The translations under genes and the position numbers were made by a program. From contig JANTFL010000002.1 of NCBI GenBank assembly GCA_024763455.1, positions 4,869 through 68,868 of the forward strand: 64,000 bases of DNA, given 5' to 3'. Numbering within the stretch: position 1 is the first letter of the stretch; every line of letters begins with the position of its first letter. The notes below the pieces were generated by a model. It did not search any database. It was not told the origin of the DNA and saw nothing but the letters and a program-made list of their open reading frames with translations. Positions 8,278-17,306 of the stretch are shown piece after piece. This DNA comes from Sediminispirochaeta sp. GTDB taxonomy: Bacteria; Spirochaetota; Spirochaetia; B11-G9.

Positions 8278-9990
8278 ATGAAGAACATAGATTTAAAAAC
8301 GAATACATCTTTTACCATTGAGGCCTACAGAATATTATTAAAATCCAGGAGCCGCCTTGAAACATTGAAAGATCTGTGTGTACTATTTGAGAACCGCTTT
8401 GATCTTTCACTTACATTCTTTGGTATTGCACAGGATAAAAAGAGCAGCGGAATTGTTCCTGCTTTCTATGCTGGACCTGCTTCCGGATATATAACCGCAG
8501 AAACTTCACGCCCCTATAACCCGGACATAACAATCCCCGAATATCACGTTCTCACCTCAGGTCATTACTACTATGCAGAGGATCTTTCCGTAGAAGCGTT
8601 CAGCAAAGAGTGGAGTGAAACTGCAGCATTCTTCGGATTCAAATCGTTTCTCGTGGTACCCCTCATTTCCGGGAAAACAGCCAAGGGGATACTCGGGCTT
8701 TACTCAAAAACACCTGCTTTTCTTAAAGAAAAAGATCTATTGGAAATAGTAAACGTATCAGAAGATATAGCAGATTTTCTCTTCTCAAAAGGATTACATC
8801 CTCAAAGGGAGGTGATTCAAAGGGAACTGATTGACAGCTACAAAGTACTCTCTGAGCAAAAAGAAAAAGAGATTATTCTAAACCAGTTCAGCAGAGGGAT
8901 AATTCACTCGTTATCGGAGGAAGAGGTAATTTCCTCAGCTCTGGATAGTATTCACCAGGCGTTAAACCCGGATGCAATACTGTTATTCATGGAAGAGGAA
9001 ACAGGCTTTTCGGTAAACAGAGTTGCTTCCTACAATAAAAATTTAGAAAACTGGAAATCAGAAAAACCTTTTAAAAAAGGGGAATGCCTCTGCGGATTTG
9101 CTGCATTGAAAAAGGAAGCAGTGTATGCTGAGGACATATCCAGTGACCAACGATGTACCCTGAATAGCTGCAAGCTTGCCGGAGCCAGATCGTTTGCTGC
9201 TATTCCCCTGGTAATAAATAACAAAAACATTGGTCTCATAGGAGTAGCTTCTGCCGAAAAGCGAAATTTTAAAAAATACAGCACCTTTTTGGAGACTCTC
9301 GGGATTCAGTGTGCAATTGGGCTTAAAAATGCACAGCTTTACAACGATGTCAGAGAAAAAGCCTTACTTCTCGAGAAAAAAGTAAAAACCAAAGACACCC
9401 TGCTCAAAGAAGTTCATCACCGTATAAAAAACAACCTGAATGTCATCGGAAGCCTTCTGAACCTTCAGCTCCAGGAAATTGAAAAGGGAGCGAATCCCCG
9501 GGAAGCTTTTATGGAAAGCAGAAACAGAGTTTTCACCATGTCCAAAATCCATGAAAAGCTGTATCAAACGGATAATTTCTCTGAAATTGAAATGGCTCCT
9601 TTTATTGAAATGGTCAGCAGGGAACTGGTTTCAACATACAGTCTTGGAGGGGAAATATCCCTGATTACTGATATTGATCCGCTATCATTCCCCATGAGCA
9701 CAGCAGTACCTTTCGGCCTGCTGCTGAATGAGATTATCACTAACTCGATGAAGTATGCCTTTCCGGAAAAAAGAAATGGCTCCATATCGGTAGTTTTAAA
9801 AAAACAGGGAGAAACAATTTTATTCAAAGTACATGATAACGGGATAGGGATCACACCTGAGAGGAAAGACACCATGGATTCCCTGGGTCTGACCCTTATT
9901 CAGCTTCTTACCGATCAGCTTGAGGGGGTTCTGACTATCAACGGAACGAAGGGAACTTCAGTTATAATAGAATTCCCCTTCAGCCGGTAA
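8278..9990 (+). CDS. Cytoplasmic sensor histidine kinase, GAF-GAF-HisKA_2-HATPase_c
   Basis: No TM segments. H-box EVHHRIKNNLNVI (HisKA_2/HWE-like) and an ATPase region NEIITNSMKYAF...DNGIG. I prefer ATG 8278, because the track GTG at 8269 sits 3 nt after the -10 box. Confidence 0.8.
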   Translation: MKNIDLKTNTSFTIEAYRILLKSRSRLETLKDLCVLFENRFDLSLTFFGIAQDKKSSGIVPAFYAGPASGYITAETSRPYNPDITIPEYHVLTSGHYYYAEDLSVEAFSKEWSETAAFFGFKSFLVVPLISGKTAKGILGLYSKTPAFLKEKDLLEIVNVSEDIADFLFSKGLHPQREVIQRELIDSYKVLSEQKEKEIILNQFSRGIIHSLSEEEVISSALDSIHQALNPDAILLFMEEETGFSVNRVASYNKNLENWKSEKPFKKGECLCGFAALKKEAVYAEDISSDQRCTLNSCKLAGARSFAAIPLVINNKNIGLIGVASAEKRNFKKYSTFLETLGIQCAIGLKNAQLYNDVREKALLLEKKVKTKDTLLKEVHHRIKNNLNVIGSLLNLQLQEIEKGANPREAFMESRNRVFTMSKIHEKLYQTDNFSEIEMAPFIEMVSRELVSTYSLGGEISLITDIDPLSFPMSTAVPFGLLLNEIITNSMKYAFPEKRNGSISVVLKKQGETILFKVHDNGIGITPERKDTMDSLGLTLIQLLTDQLEGVLTINGTKGTSVIIEFPFSR

Positions 9991-10019
9991 TTGATCAAGC
10001 ACCATAAATAGGATACTCT
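9991..10019 (+). promoter_or_regulatory. Putative sigma-70 promoter, leaderless-type (xseA)
   Basis: TTGATC 9991-9996, 17-nt spacer, TACTCT 10014-10019. ATG 10029 lies 9 nt downstream with no SD. Confidence 0.4.
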
Positions 10020-10028
10020 TTTACACAT

Positions 10029-11234
10029 ATGGCTCCTTTACCATCAATTTTCACCGTATCAAGTCTGACCTCACTCATAAAGGAAGTGCTGGAATCCTCT
10101 TTTTTAACCGTAGAGGTAGAGGGGGAACTCTCCAACTTCAGACCTTCAAGTACCGGCCACTGGTACTTCTCTCTTAAGGATAAGGATTCGATGATATCCT
10201 GTGTTATGTTCAGAGGAAGAACCGGCAGCATAGATTTTGTCCCCTCAGACGGCCAGAAAGTTATTGTGAGAGGGAACCTCTCTGTGTATGCAAAAAGGGG
10301 AACATACCAGATTGTCTGCAGCAGCATGAAACTCTCCGGAGAAGGAGATATTCTCCTTATGCTGGAGGAAAGAAAGAGGAAACTCGCCGCTCTCGGATAC
10401 TTTGATCAGGAGCGGAAAAAAACCATTCCATCTTTTCCGTCAAAGGTAGCAGTTGTAACCTCCCCTACCGGAGCAGCAATAAGGGATATTCTTCAGGTGC
10501 TGGGGCGCAGAAACGCCGGGATAGATATTGTCATTCTACCGGCTCCCGTACAGGGGGAAGAAGCAGCTGCGGAAATTGCAGCTCAGATAAAAAGGGCAAA
10601 TACCTTCAATCTGGGAGATGTACTAATCATTGGAAGAGGCGGCGGTTCTCTCGAAGATCTTCTCCCCTTTTCTGATGAACAGGTAGTCCATGCCGTGTAC
10701 GAATCCGGCATTCCGGTAATCTCCGCTGTCGGTCATGAAATTGACCTGTCTCTTTCTGATCTCGCTGCGGATAAGTCAGCCCCGACACCGTCGGCAGCTG
10801 CTGAAATAGTCAGCGAAAACAGAGAACAGATTATTAACAGGGTTGCTGATCTAAAAAAAATGATCAGTGAGAACATCCAAACACGGCTGGAGAGGATACA
10901 CCTGCTCCTTGACAGATTTAAACCTGAAAATTTGGAAAACTCATTCAGGCAGATTGTCCAGCCGTTTATGCTCCGCCTGGATGACGGAAAAGAAACCCTG
11001 GTGAACCAATTTAATAAGTATCTTACCGAAAAGAAACACCATATACAGATTTTGAAAACTGAGCTTATGAACATTTCGCCGGTAGAAATCATGAAGAAAG
11101 GATACTCTGTTGTTACCCTAAAAGACAACGGCACTCTGGTAACAGGTACCGGGCAATTGGAAGAAAATTCTTCCATTGCAATCCGGTTTGCTGAGGGAAG
11201 TGCGACCGGCAGAATAGAGGAGATACTAAAATGA
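10029..11234 (+). CDS. xseA: Exodeoxyribonuclease VII large subunit
   Basis: N-terminal OB fold FTVSSLTSLIKEVLESSFLTVEVEGELSNFRPSSTGHWYFSLKD, then GRGGGSLEDL and SAVGHEIDLSLSD. Confidence 0.93.
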   Translation: MAPLPSIFTVSSLTSLIKEVLESSFLTVEVEGELSNFRPSSTGHWYFSLKDKDSMISCVMFRGRTGSIDFVPSDGQKVIVRGNLSVYAKRGTYQIVCSSMKLSGEGDILLMLEERKRKLAALGYFDQERKKTIPSFPSKVAVVTSPTGAAIRDILQVLGRRNAGIDIVILPAPVQGEEAAAEIAAQIKRANTFNLGDVLIIGRGGGSLEDLLPFSDEQVVHAVYESGIPVISAVGHEIDLSLSDLAADKSAPTPSAAAEIVSENREQIINRVADLKKMISENIQTRLERIHLLLDRFKPENLENSFRQIVQPFMLRLDDGKETLVNQFNKYLTEKKHHIQILKTELMNISPVEIMKKGYSVVTLKDNGTLVTGTGQLEENSSIAIRFAEGSATGRIEEILK

Positions 11235-11458
11235 AAACCTTCGAACAGCGGCTTTCCAGACTGGAAGAACTGAATGAAACAATGAGAAATGGACAATTGC
11301 CCCTTGAAGAAGCAGTCACCCTCTTTGAAGAAGGGATAAAACTTGCAAAGGGACTGGAGAAAGATCTCAGTAAAATTGAAAGAAAGGTAGAAATTCTTGT
11401 AAATAAACCGGAATCTCCGGAGGATACACCAAATCTGGAACTTTTTGATAACAATTAA
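11231..11458 (+). CDS. xseB: Exodeoxyribonuclease VII small subunit
   Basis: 75 aa with the typical LEELNETMRNGQLPLEEAVTLFEEGIKL. ATGA overlap with xseA. Confidence 0.9.
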   Translation: MKTFEQRLSRLEELNETMRNGQLPLEEAVTLFEEGIKLAKGLEKDLSKIERKVEILVNKPESPEDTPNLELFDNN

Positions 11459-11467
11459 TGAACTAAT

Positions 11468-12004
11468 TTACCTGCTGTTTTTTTCAGATGCTTCATATTC
11501 GAGGGTTGACTGAGCCACTCCGAATCCATACGGTACCTGATATCCGAAATTTTTTAAAAACATGGCAATGATTGCATAATGATGAACGGTATGTTCAACT
11601 AAATACCGTAACTCTCTGCTCAGGGTTGAATTCACCAGATTATCATTTTTATCAAACGGGATATCTCTTTCATAAAGGGTGATCTTTTCATCCCGTTTCC
11701 TGTCTTCGAATGGTGCCAGCGCAGTTTTTAATTCATTAATTTTATCAGCTGCTGCATTTCTGTCCGTTTCCAATATCTGGTTCCGTTGACGCAAATCATA
11801 GTTAACCCGGGGATACTGCGAAAGAAAGGTAACATAAAACTCAATAATATGCCTGAAATGCTGTCCTACACCGCTCATCCAGGGAGATTCACTTCCACCG
11901 TCAAAACGGTAATGTACATCTGAAATAATCCCGAGAACACTCAAACCTGAATCAAGCTGGGTTTTATTCTCTTTTATCAGCCTTTGCAAATGATCTGCTG
12001 CCAT
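11468..12004 (-). CDS. DinB-family (four-helix bundle, metal-binding) protein
   Basis: 178 aa. His triad context GQHFRHIIEFY ... EHTVHHYAII. SD GAGGAAG upstream. Confidence 0.6.
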   Translation of the reverse strand: MAADHLQRLIKENKTQLDSGLSVLGIISDVHYRFDGGSESPWMSGVGQHFRHIIEFYVTFLSQYPRVNYDLRQRNQILETDRNAAADKINELKTALAPFEDRKRDEKITLYERDIPFDKNDNLVNSTLSRELRYLVEHTVHHYAIIAMFLKNFGYQVPYGFGVAQSTLEYEASEKNSR

Positions 12005-12088
12005 AACATCTTCCTCTACTATATAGAATAGACTGAAAGATACTTAAGTCAACATATTTTAGATAAAAAAATAAACAGCGAAATACGC

Positions 12089-12562
12089 TTAGTTTCCAGG
12101 TGCAGAAACACCTTCCGGCAGAATGATCCGGTCTCCCTCTTTAACTCCTTCCTTTTTGAAAGCACCTTGCGGCAGTTCCAGAGCATACCTGACGAAATGT
12201 ACAGAAGGCACGGGAGCAAGGGACTCAGGTTCCATATCGTAAATTTCTTTTATTACTCCCTCTGAGGATAGGTAGGCTATCGAGAGAGGAACATGGGTGT
12301 TTTTCATCCAGAAGGTAAGCTTCCGGTCATTTTCAAACACAAAAAGCATTCCCGTTTTATCCGGGACCTCTTTTCTGTCCATAAACCCCTTTTGCCTCTC
12401 TTCAGGAGTCTTTGCCACTTCTACAGAATAGATACGTTTACCTATCTCAAGGCTGATCTTTTCCATTGATTCTGTACATGAAAAGACCGTAGTAATGAGC
12501 AGAAAAAATAATGCATACCTAATTTTCAGCATTGGATTCCGGTTTAACTCCATTTTTTTCAA
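12089..12562 (-). CDS. DUF192-domain exported protein
   Basis: 157 aa. Signal peptide followed by ARTPEERQKGFM-like AKTPEERQKGFMDR...GMLFVF...FWMKNTHVPLSIAY. Confidence 0.7.
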   Translation of the reverse strand: MKKMELNRNPMLKIRYALFFLLITTVFSCTESMEKISLEIGKRIYSVEVAKTPEERQKGFMDRKEVPDKTGMLFVFENDRKLTFWMKNTHVPLSIAYLSSEGVIKEIYDMEPESLAPVPSVHFVRYALELPQGAFKKEGVKEGDRIILPEGVSAPGN

Positions 12563-13155
12563 AATTGATCAAGAAATTGTTTTCTTGACAGTTCCTGCAG
12601 GGTCTTTTGCGACTTGCCTGAGGTTCTAATCTCATCTAAAACCTTTTTATCAATATACTTGACGGTTAAGGGTCTTTCCAGGGACAGGATGTAGGAATCT
12701 GAAAGCCACACCGATTTACGGGGATCCAGTTCTACAGGATCACCGTATTTCCCGGTGAGTTCTGTATAAACGGAAAAATGGTCCACATCTTCAGGCGAGA
12801 GCACAAGAATTATAGTATACAGCTTCTCCTGATAAAACTGGAAAAAAGCACGCTCTATATAAAAAGTGCCGCTGCACTCCAGAAGCGTTTCGTTGGGTCT
12901 TTGAAGAATACTTAAATCAGGATCCCCTGTATAATGAAAGTTACTGTCCTCAGCCAGAGCGTTTTTAACCTGGTCCATTGTCATCCCCAAGTAAATCTTG
13001 TTGAAATGTCCCGGAATATCCATAGTACCGCTTTTGGAAGTGCTGCTGCTTTGAGCCGGGAGATAAAGAGGGATAACTGCCATCAATAGGAGCAGGATTT
13101 TCTTTAAATTAGCCATGTTTCTCTTATCGGCATTATTTTTAAGAAAAGAAACCAT
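12559..13155 (-). CDS. Exported hypothetical protein
   Basis: 198 aa, 4-nt overlap with the DUF192 gene. A signal-peptide-like MANLKKILLLLMAVIPLYLPAQS starts at the internal ATG 13116, which may be the true start. Confidence 0.5.
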   Translation of the reverse strand: MVSFLKNNADKRNMANLKKILLLLMAVIPLYLPAQSSSTSKSGTMDIPGHFNKIYLGMTMDQVKNALAEDSNFHYTGDPDLSILQRPNETLLECSGTFYIERAFFQFYQEKLYTIILVLSPEDVDHFSVYTELTGKYGDPVELDPRKSVWLSDSYILSLERPLTVKYIDKKVLDEIRTSGKSQKTLQELSRKQFLDQF

Positions 13156-13182
13156 TGAAATTCTGGTTTTTTGGAATAAACT
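13155..13182 (+). promoter_or_regulatory. Putative sigma-70 promoter, leaderless-type (PEGA lipoprotein)
   Basis: TTGAAA 13155-13160, 16-nt spacer, TAAACT 13177-13182. ATG 13189 lies 6 nt downstream with no SD. Confidence 0.4.
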
Positions 13183-13188
13183 AGTACT

Positions 13189-14820
13189 ATGAAAGTATAC
13201 AAACGAGCCATAATGAGTACCGTAGTGTTTATTTTTGTTCTCTCCGGCTGTGCGACCTCCAGCGGAACGTTGTTCAAAGATACGGTTCAGTCTGATTCCG
13301 CCTCAAAGGCAGAGAATACCCAGGATGAGGGCAGTACTTACACTGAACCCGAAGAGCCGGCAGAGGGACTGACCATTACTTCTGATCCTTCCGGAGCTGA
13401 AATATACATAGACCGCACCTACCAGGGGAAAACTCCCCTGACCCTGACTCCCGGATCCGGAAGATACAGAATTACTTTGAAAAAAGAGGGCTACTATAGT
13501 GAGAGCAGATGGATCGAATATAACACAGGGACTTCTGTAAGCATCAACTTTCCTCTAAAGCAGATTACCGGGTATCTGTATCTGACTACCTACCCGTCCG
13601 AAACAGAGGTAAAAGCATCTTCCTTCGGCCTTTCAAAAGGGGTGAACGAACTCCCTATAGGAAACTATACAATAAGCGCTGATCTTTTTGGATACGACCA
13701 TTTCAGCACAAATATTACTATCTATGAGAAATCAACAACAAATCTCATAATTCATATGCAGCCATCAAAATTCAGTTTTTCTCCCCTGAGCCTTACCAGG
13801 CAGGTGTTCAACCCCAATAACCCCTCGGGACTGGGAACATCCCGAATCAGTTTTACCGTTACAACTTATGGCAAAGGGATTCTTTCAATAAAGTCGGAAG
13901 ACGGGACAACCGTACGTAAACATCAGTTTGAACCTTTTACCACGTGGGAACAGGGTTTCACGTGGGACGGAAAAGATTCCCGGGGCAGAACGGTTCCCGA
14001 CGGCCGTTACCGTATAACCCTGATAGGCGTTGATTCAAAGGGAGTGGAAAAAGATACAAAAACTGCAGTCATCCGGATAGATCATTCTCTTATTATCAAG
14101 GACCGGAATAGTTTTTCGGGAGCTTCGGGAACCATGTTTTCCCCAACACCCGATACCCTCCCCATGGGAAGCGTACAGATTGACATAGGAAGCATCGGAC
14201 ATATGGAAAGCAATTTATACAGATTTCCTACATCAGTTGCTCTACGAGTTGTCCCTACCGAACAACTTGAAGCGGATATCACCGGAGGAATCTTACTACA
14301 GTCCCCTGCGGACAACGCATACTTTGCAGGTATTGCCCTTAAAAAAGGACTTATCCCTCAGGGAAACTCCCCGTTTTCACTATCCTTCATAGCCAAGGGT
14401 TCATACCTGTTCGGGACATATACCGATTCCCTGACCAACTTTACCGGACTTTCGGTGAGTCTTCCTGCAGCACTAACCTTCGGACCTGTTACCCTGGCAG
14501 TAACACCTGATATTCTGCTCTCCCCTTATAGAGTATCCGTTGGAAACGAAGCGTATCCTGCAGGATTCTACCTCTACGGGTACGGACGGGGTGCTGTTAT
14601 CCTGGATTTCGGCTCCGCATGGATGGCTCTTTCCGGAGCACTGAGAACCACATACAGGGACGGGGGGATTGCTGATGACTACCCCGCCTATGCAGGGGGA
14701 GAACTGCACTGGATTCTTCCGGGAACAGGGATTATAGTTTCAGGATTTATCTCAGGCGAAATGGATCCTGCTTCAGGCTACTTTATCAATGCAGGGGGCA
14801 GTGTGGGGTTGATAAAATAA
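13189..14820 (+). CDS. Lipoprotein with PEGA domains, a FlgD-Ig-like domain and a beta-rich C-terminal half
   Basis: Lipobox VLSGC. Two PEGA-like units (ITSDPSGAEIYIDRTYQGKTPL; YLTTYPSETEV...). An FlgD_ig-like segment FNPNNPSGLGTSRISFTV...WDGKDSRGRTVPDGRYRI. The C-terminal ~240 aa show alternating hydrophobic/Gly-rich strands. Confidence 0.7.
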   Translation: MKVYKRAIMSTVVFIFVLSGCATSSGTLFKDTVQSDSASKAENTQDEGSTYTEPEEPAEGLTITSDPSGAEIYIDRTYQGKTPLTLTPGSGRYRITLKKEGYYSESRWIEYNTGTSVSINFPLKQITGYLYLTTYPSETEVKASSFGLSKGVNELPIGNYTISADLFGYDHFSTNITIYEKSTTNLIIHMQPSKFSFSPLSLTRQVFNPNNPSGLGTSRISFTVTTYGKGILSIKSEDGTTVRKHQFEPFTTWEQGFTWDGKDSRGRTVPDGRYRITLIGVDSKGVEKDTKTAVIRIDHSLIIKDRNSFSGASGTMFSPTPDTLPMGSVQIDIGSIGHMESNLYRFPTSVALRVVPTEQLEADITGGILLQSPADNAYFAGIALKKGLIPQGNSPFSLSFIAKGSYLFGTYTDSLTNFTGLSVSLPAALTFGPVTLAVTPDILLSPYRVSVGNEAYPAGFYLYGYGRGAVILDFGSAWMALSGALRTTYRDGGIADDYPAYAGGELHWILPGTGIIVSGFISGEMDPASGYFINAGGSVGLIK

Positions 14821-14916
14821 AGGTATCAATAGATTTTATAACCGCTGTACGTGCTGTCTTAGCAGCCCGATACCAATTATCTGCTGAAAAGTTATATTAA
14901 AAGGAAGGAGAAAAGA

Positions 14917-15876
14917 ATGGAATATAGAAGATTAGGAAGCGCAGGATTAAAAGTAAGTATCTTGTCCTACGGATCATGGGTTACCTACGGTTCACAGGTT
15001 GATGTAGACCGGGCAGTGGCAAATATGAAGGCGGCATACGATGCCGGTGTTAATTTTTTTGATAATGCAGAAGCATATGCAGGAGGTAAATCGGAAGAGA
15101 TAATGGGATTGGCGTTGAAGAAACTTGGCTGGAGACGCAGCAGCTATATCATCTCTTCCAAATTTTACTGGGGACTGCATGACGGACCGAATGAAAAGAA
15201 TACACTCAACAGAAAATACCTGATGGAATCTATAAACGGCTCATTAAAAAGGCTCGAAATGGATCATATTGATCTCATCTACTGCCACAGACCTGATCCC
15301 GAGACGCCCATAGAGGAGGTTGTCTTCGCCATGAGCGATATTATTGCTTCAGGGAAAGCCCTTTACTGGGGAACAAGCGAATGGAGTGCTGCGGAAATTA
15401 TGGAGGCATGGCAGATAGCAGAGCGGCATCATCTGCGCAAACCCCAGATGGAACAGCCCCAGTACAATTTATTAACCAGGGATAAAGTGGAAAGGGAATT
15501 TGTACGTTTATACGAGGATATTGGACTTGGACTGACAACCTGGAGTCCCCTTGCCTCAGGGCTTTTGACCGGTAAGTATAACAATGGCATCCCGGAGGGT
15601 TCTAGGATGTCCCTTGAGGGGTATGCATGGCTCAAGGAAGGGATGCTCACCGAAGAACATATTGCAGCTGCAAAAAGACTTGAATCGGCAGCAGGTGATC
15701 TGGGGGTAACGACTGCACAACTATCACTTGCATGGGCAGCCGGTAATAAACGGGTCAGCAGTGTCATTACAGGAGCAAGCAGACCGGAACAGGTAATGGA
15801 AAACATGAAGGCCGGTGATTTGATCAACAAGCTCGATGCTGATACGCGAAAGGAGATAGAAAGTTTTTTTGAGTAA
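14917..15876 (+). CDS. Aldo/keto reductase (Kv-beta / YajO-like subfamily)
   Basis: 319 aa with [45 protein letters not shown] and GTSEWS. Strong SD AAGGAGAAAAG. Confidence 0.9.
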   Translation: MEYRRLGSAGLKVSILSYGSWVTYGSQVDVDRAVANMKAAYDAGVNFFDNAEAYAGGKSEEIMGLALKKLGWRRSSYIISSKFYWGLHDGPNEKNTLNRKYLMESINGSLKRLEMDHIDLIYCHRPDPETPIEEVVFAMSDIIASGKALYWGTSEWSAAEIMEAWQIAERHHLRKPQMEQPQYNLLTRDKVEREFVRLYEDIGLGLTTWSPLASGLLTGKYNNGIPEGSRMSLEGYAWLKEGMLTEEHIAAAKRLESAAGDLGVTTAQLSLAWAAGNKRVSSVITGASRPEQVMENMKAGDLINKLDADTRKEIESFFE

Positions 15877-15916
15877 TCCTTCAGAGATTCAAAGCGAGAG
15901 AAGGATTCTGACTATA

Positions 15917-16099
15917 TTAACCGTTAATCGGCATGGGGTTGCAGAGATTATCTTTGCTGGCAGCTACCCTTGCACAATTGAAACATATATATTTCGGATC
16001 CTTTACGATACCTTTAATTTTATCAAGATCTTTATTGTTTTCAGCAACAAGCTGACAGACATGTTTACTGTGATCACCTATACATTTATTTTCTTCCAA
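15917..16099 (-). CDS. Small Cys/His-rich protein (60 aa), putative metal-binding
   Basis: TTG start preceded by AAGGAG at a 6-nt spacing. Residues C6, H10, H13, C15, C39-x2-C42 and C53 (KCIGDHSKHVC ... YICFNCARVA ... NLCNP). Function unknown. Confidence 0.5.
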   Translation of the reverse strand: MEENKCIGDHSKHVCQLVAENNKDLDKIKGIVKDPKYICFNCARVAASKDNLCNPMPING

Positions 16100-16167
16100 T
16101 GCATTCTCCTTGTAACCAGTTTACTACATAATTGATAGCAGTGCTACCAGCAGATTTTTTCATCAAA

Positions 16168-16185
16168 AAGGAGAAAAGTCAAGGT
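16168..16185 (+). repeat. 18-bp direct repeat, left copy (AAGGAGAAAAGTCAAGGT)
   Basis: Identical 18-mer at 17132-17149. The two copies bracket the 16260-17123 gene. Confidence 0.9.
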
Positions 16186-16223
16186 TAGACAAAAAAACAG
16201 TAAGTCCGGAGCAAGCAATATTC

Positions 16224-16253
16224 TTGACACTATCAAAAAAAAACCGTTAGAGT
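16224..16253 (+). promoter_or_regulatory. Putative sigma-70 promoter, leaderless-type (lyase-like lipoprotein)
   Basis: TTGACA 16224-16229, 18-nt spacer, TAGAGT 16248-16253. Followed by AAAAAA and ATG 16260, with no SD. Confidence 0.4.
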
Positions 16254-16259
16254 AAAAAA

Positions 16260-17123
16260 ATGAAGTTTGGCCATACTCTCATTCTAATTGGGCTTATCAA
16301 TGTTCTCATTTTTTCCTGTAAAAGCAATTATAGTGCTGATTGCCCTGCAAGAGATTTACAATCTTTAAATTTTGGGTTTGAAACTAATCTCAACGAATGG
16401 GAAGCGCTTGGTGGTAAAATTGAAATACCTGATTTGGTAAATTTTGACATGAGTACTGACATTGCATTTTCGGGGTTAAGGTCCGCAAAATTTACTGTTA
16501 CTCCTGATAGCTACGTCAATTCGGGAGTTAGATCAGAATTAAGTTTTGACCAACAAATCGAGGAAGAAGATGAGACATTTTACGAATACAGTATATTCAT
16601 TCCTGATAATTACATAGATGTTGATAGTGTAAAGGCTTCTGATGGAACTCCAAATTGGCAAGTAATGGGACAATGGCATGAACAACCAGATAAATGTATA
16701 GGTCAAACATGGGATGACATATCCGGAAACTCACCCCCTATTGCTCTATATTATAATTATCTTTCAACTACAGATAATGTCTATTCAAATCTTTTAAAGG
16801 ACCCAAACTTTTTAACTATCTATGGACTAGATCCTAATTGGAATAATGTATCGACTTTTTCACTTGTTTATGGCGGAAAAACTATTGCTATCGCAAAAAT
16901 CAACAAAGGAGAATGGTTAAGAGTTAAGTTCCACATAAAATGGTCAAGAAGCGATGTGGGGTTTATTCAAGCATGGATTAATAATGCTAACTTTACTAAT
17001 GGGAAAGTATCAGGTAAGAACATGCTCAACAATGCCTCACATTACTTTAAATTTGGTCTTTATAGAAACCCAACAATTCCTTTTACAAACTCTATCTATT
17101 ATGATGATTTAGTAATCTTTTAA
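16260..17123 (+). CDS. Lipoprotein, concanavalin-like / polysaccharide-lyase (PF14099, PL20-like) fold candidate
   Basis: Lipobox LIFSC. The C-terminal HYFKFGLYRN ... IYYDDLVI resembles the KxGxYR / final beta-strand pattern of the Polysacc_lyase family as I remember it. The gene is visibly more AT-rich than its neighbours. Confidence 0.5.
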   Translation: MKFGHTLILIGLINVLIFSCKSNYSADCPARDLQSLNFGFETNLNEWEALGGKIEIPDLVNFDMSTDIAFSGLRSAKFTVTPDSYVNSGVRSELSFDQQIEEEDETFYEYSIFIPDNYIDVDSVKASDGTPNWQVMGQWHEQPDKCIGQTWDDISGNSPPIALYYNYLSTTDNVYSNLLKDPNFLTIYGLDPNWNNVSTFSLVYGGKTIAIAKINKGEWLRVKFHIKWSRSDVGFIQAWINNANFTNGKVSGKNMLNNASHYFKFGLYRNPTIPFTNSIYYDDLVIF

Positions 17124-17131
17124 CAATACAT

Positions 17132-17149
17132 AAGGAGAAAAGTCAAGGT
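17132..17149 (+). repeat. 18-bp direct repeat, right copy (AAGGAGAAAAGTCAAGGT)
   Basis: Perfect copy of 16168-16185, 964 bp downstream. Confidence 0.9.
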
Positions 17150-17306
17150 AATATGAAATAGACTGTAACCCCTGCATGAATTTGGCCGGGTATTTAAATT
17201 GACTTACAAAAAGCAGTAATGTACAATTGAGCAAAGTTTTTTATCATGTGAGGTATTTACGCTTTTAAAACAAAAAACAACATTAATAGTTACGCTTTCA
17301 TTTCTG

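Noticed and set aside
15875-15907. Inverted repeat AATCCTTC-N17-GAAGGATT between the convergent reductase gene and miniprotein gene, considered as a bidirectional terminator.
   Set aside because: The loop is 17 nt, the stem is only 8 bp and AT-rich, and there is no flanking T-run on either strand. This is too weak to call.
15869-16135. 88-aa plus-strand ORF overlapping the small Cys/His-rich gene.
   Set aside because: It starts inside the aldo/keto reductase stop region with no SD and has a low-complexity hydrophobic or Phe/Ile-rich translation. The minus-strand ORF has a properly spaced AAGGAG and a structured Cys/His pattern.
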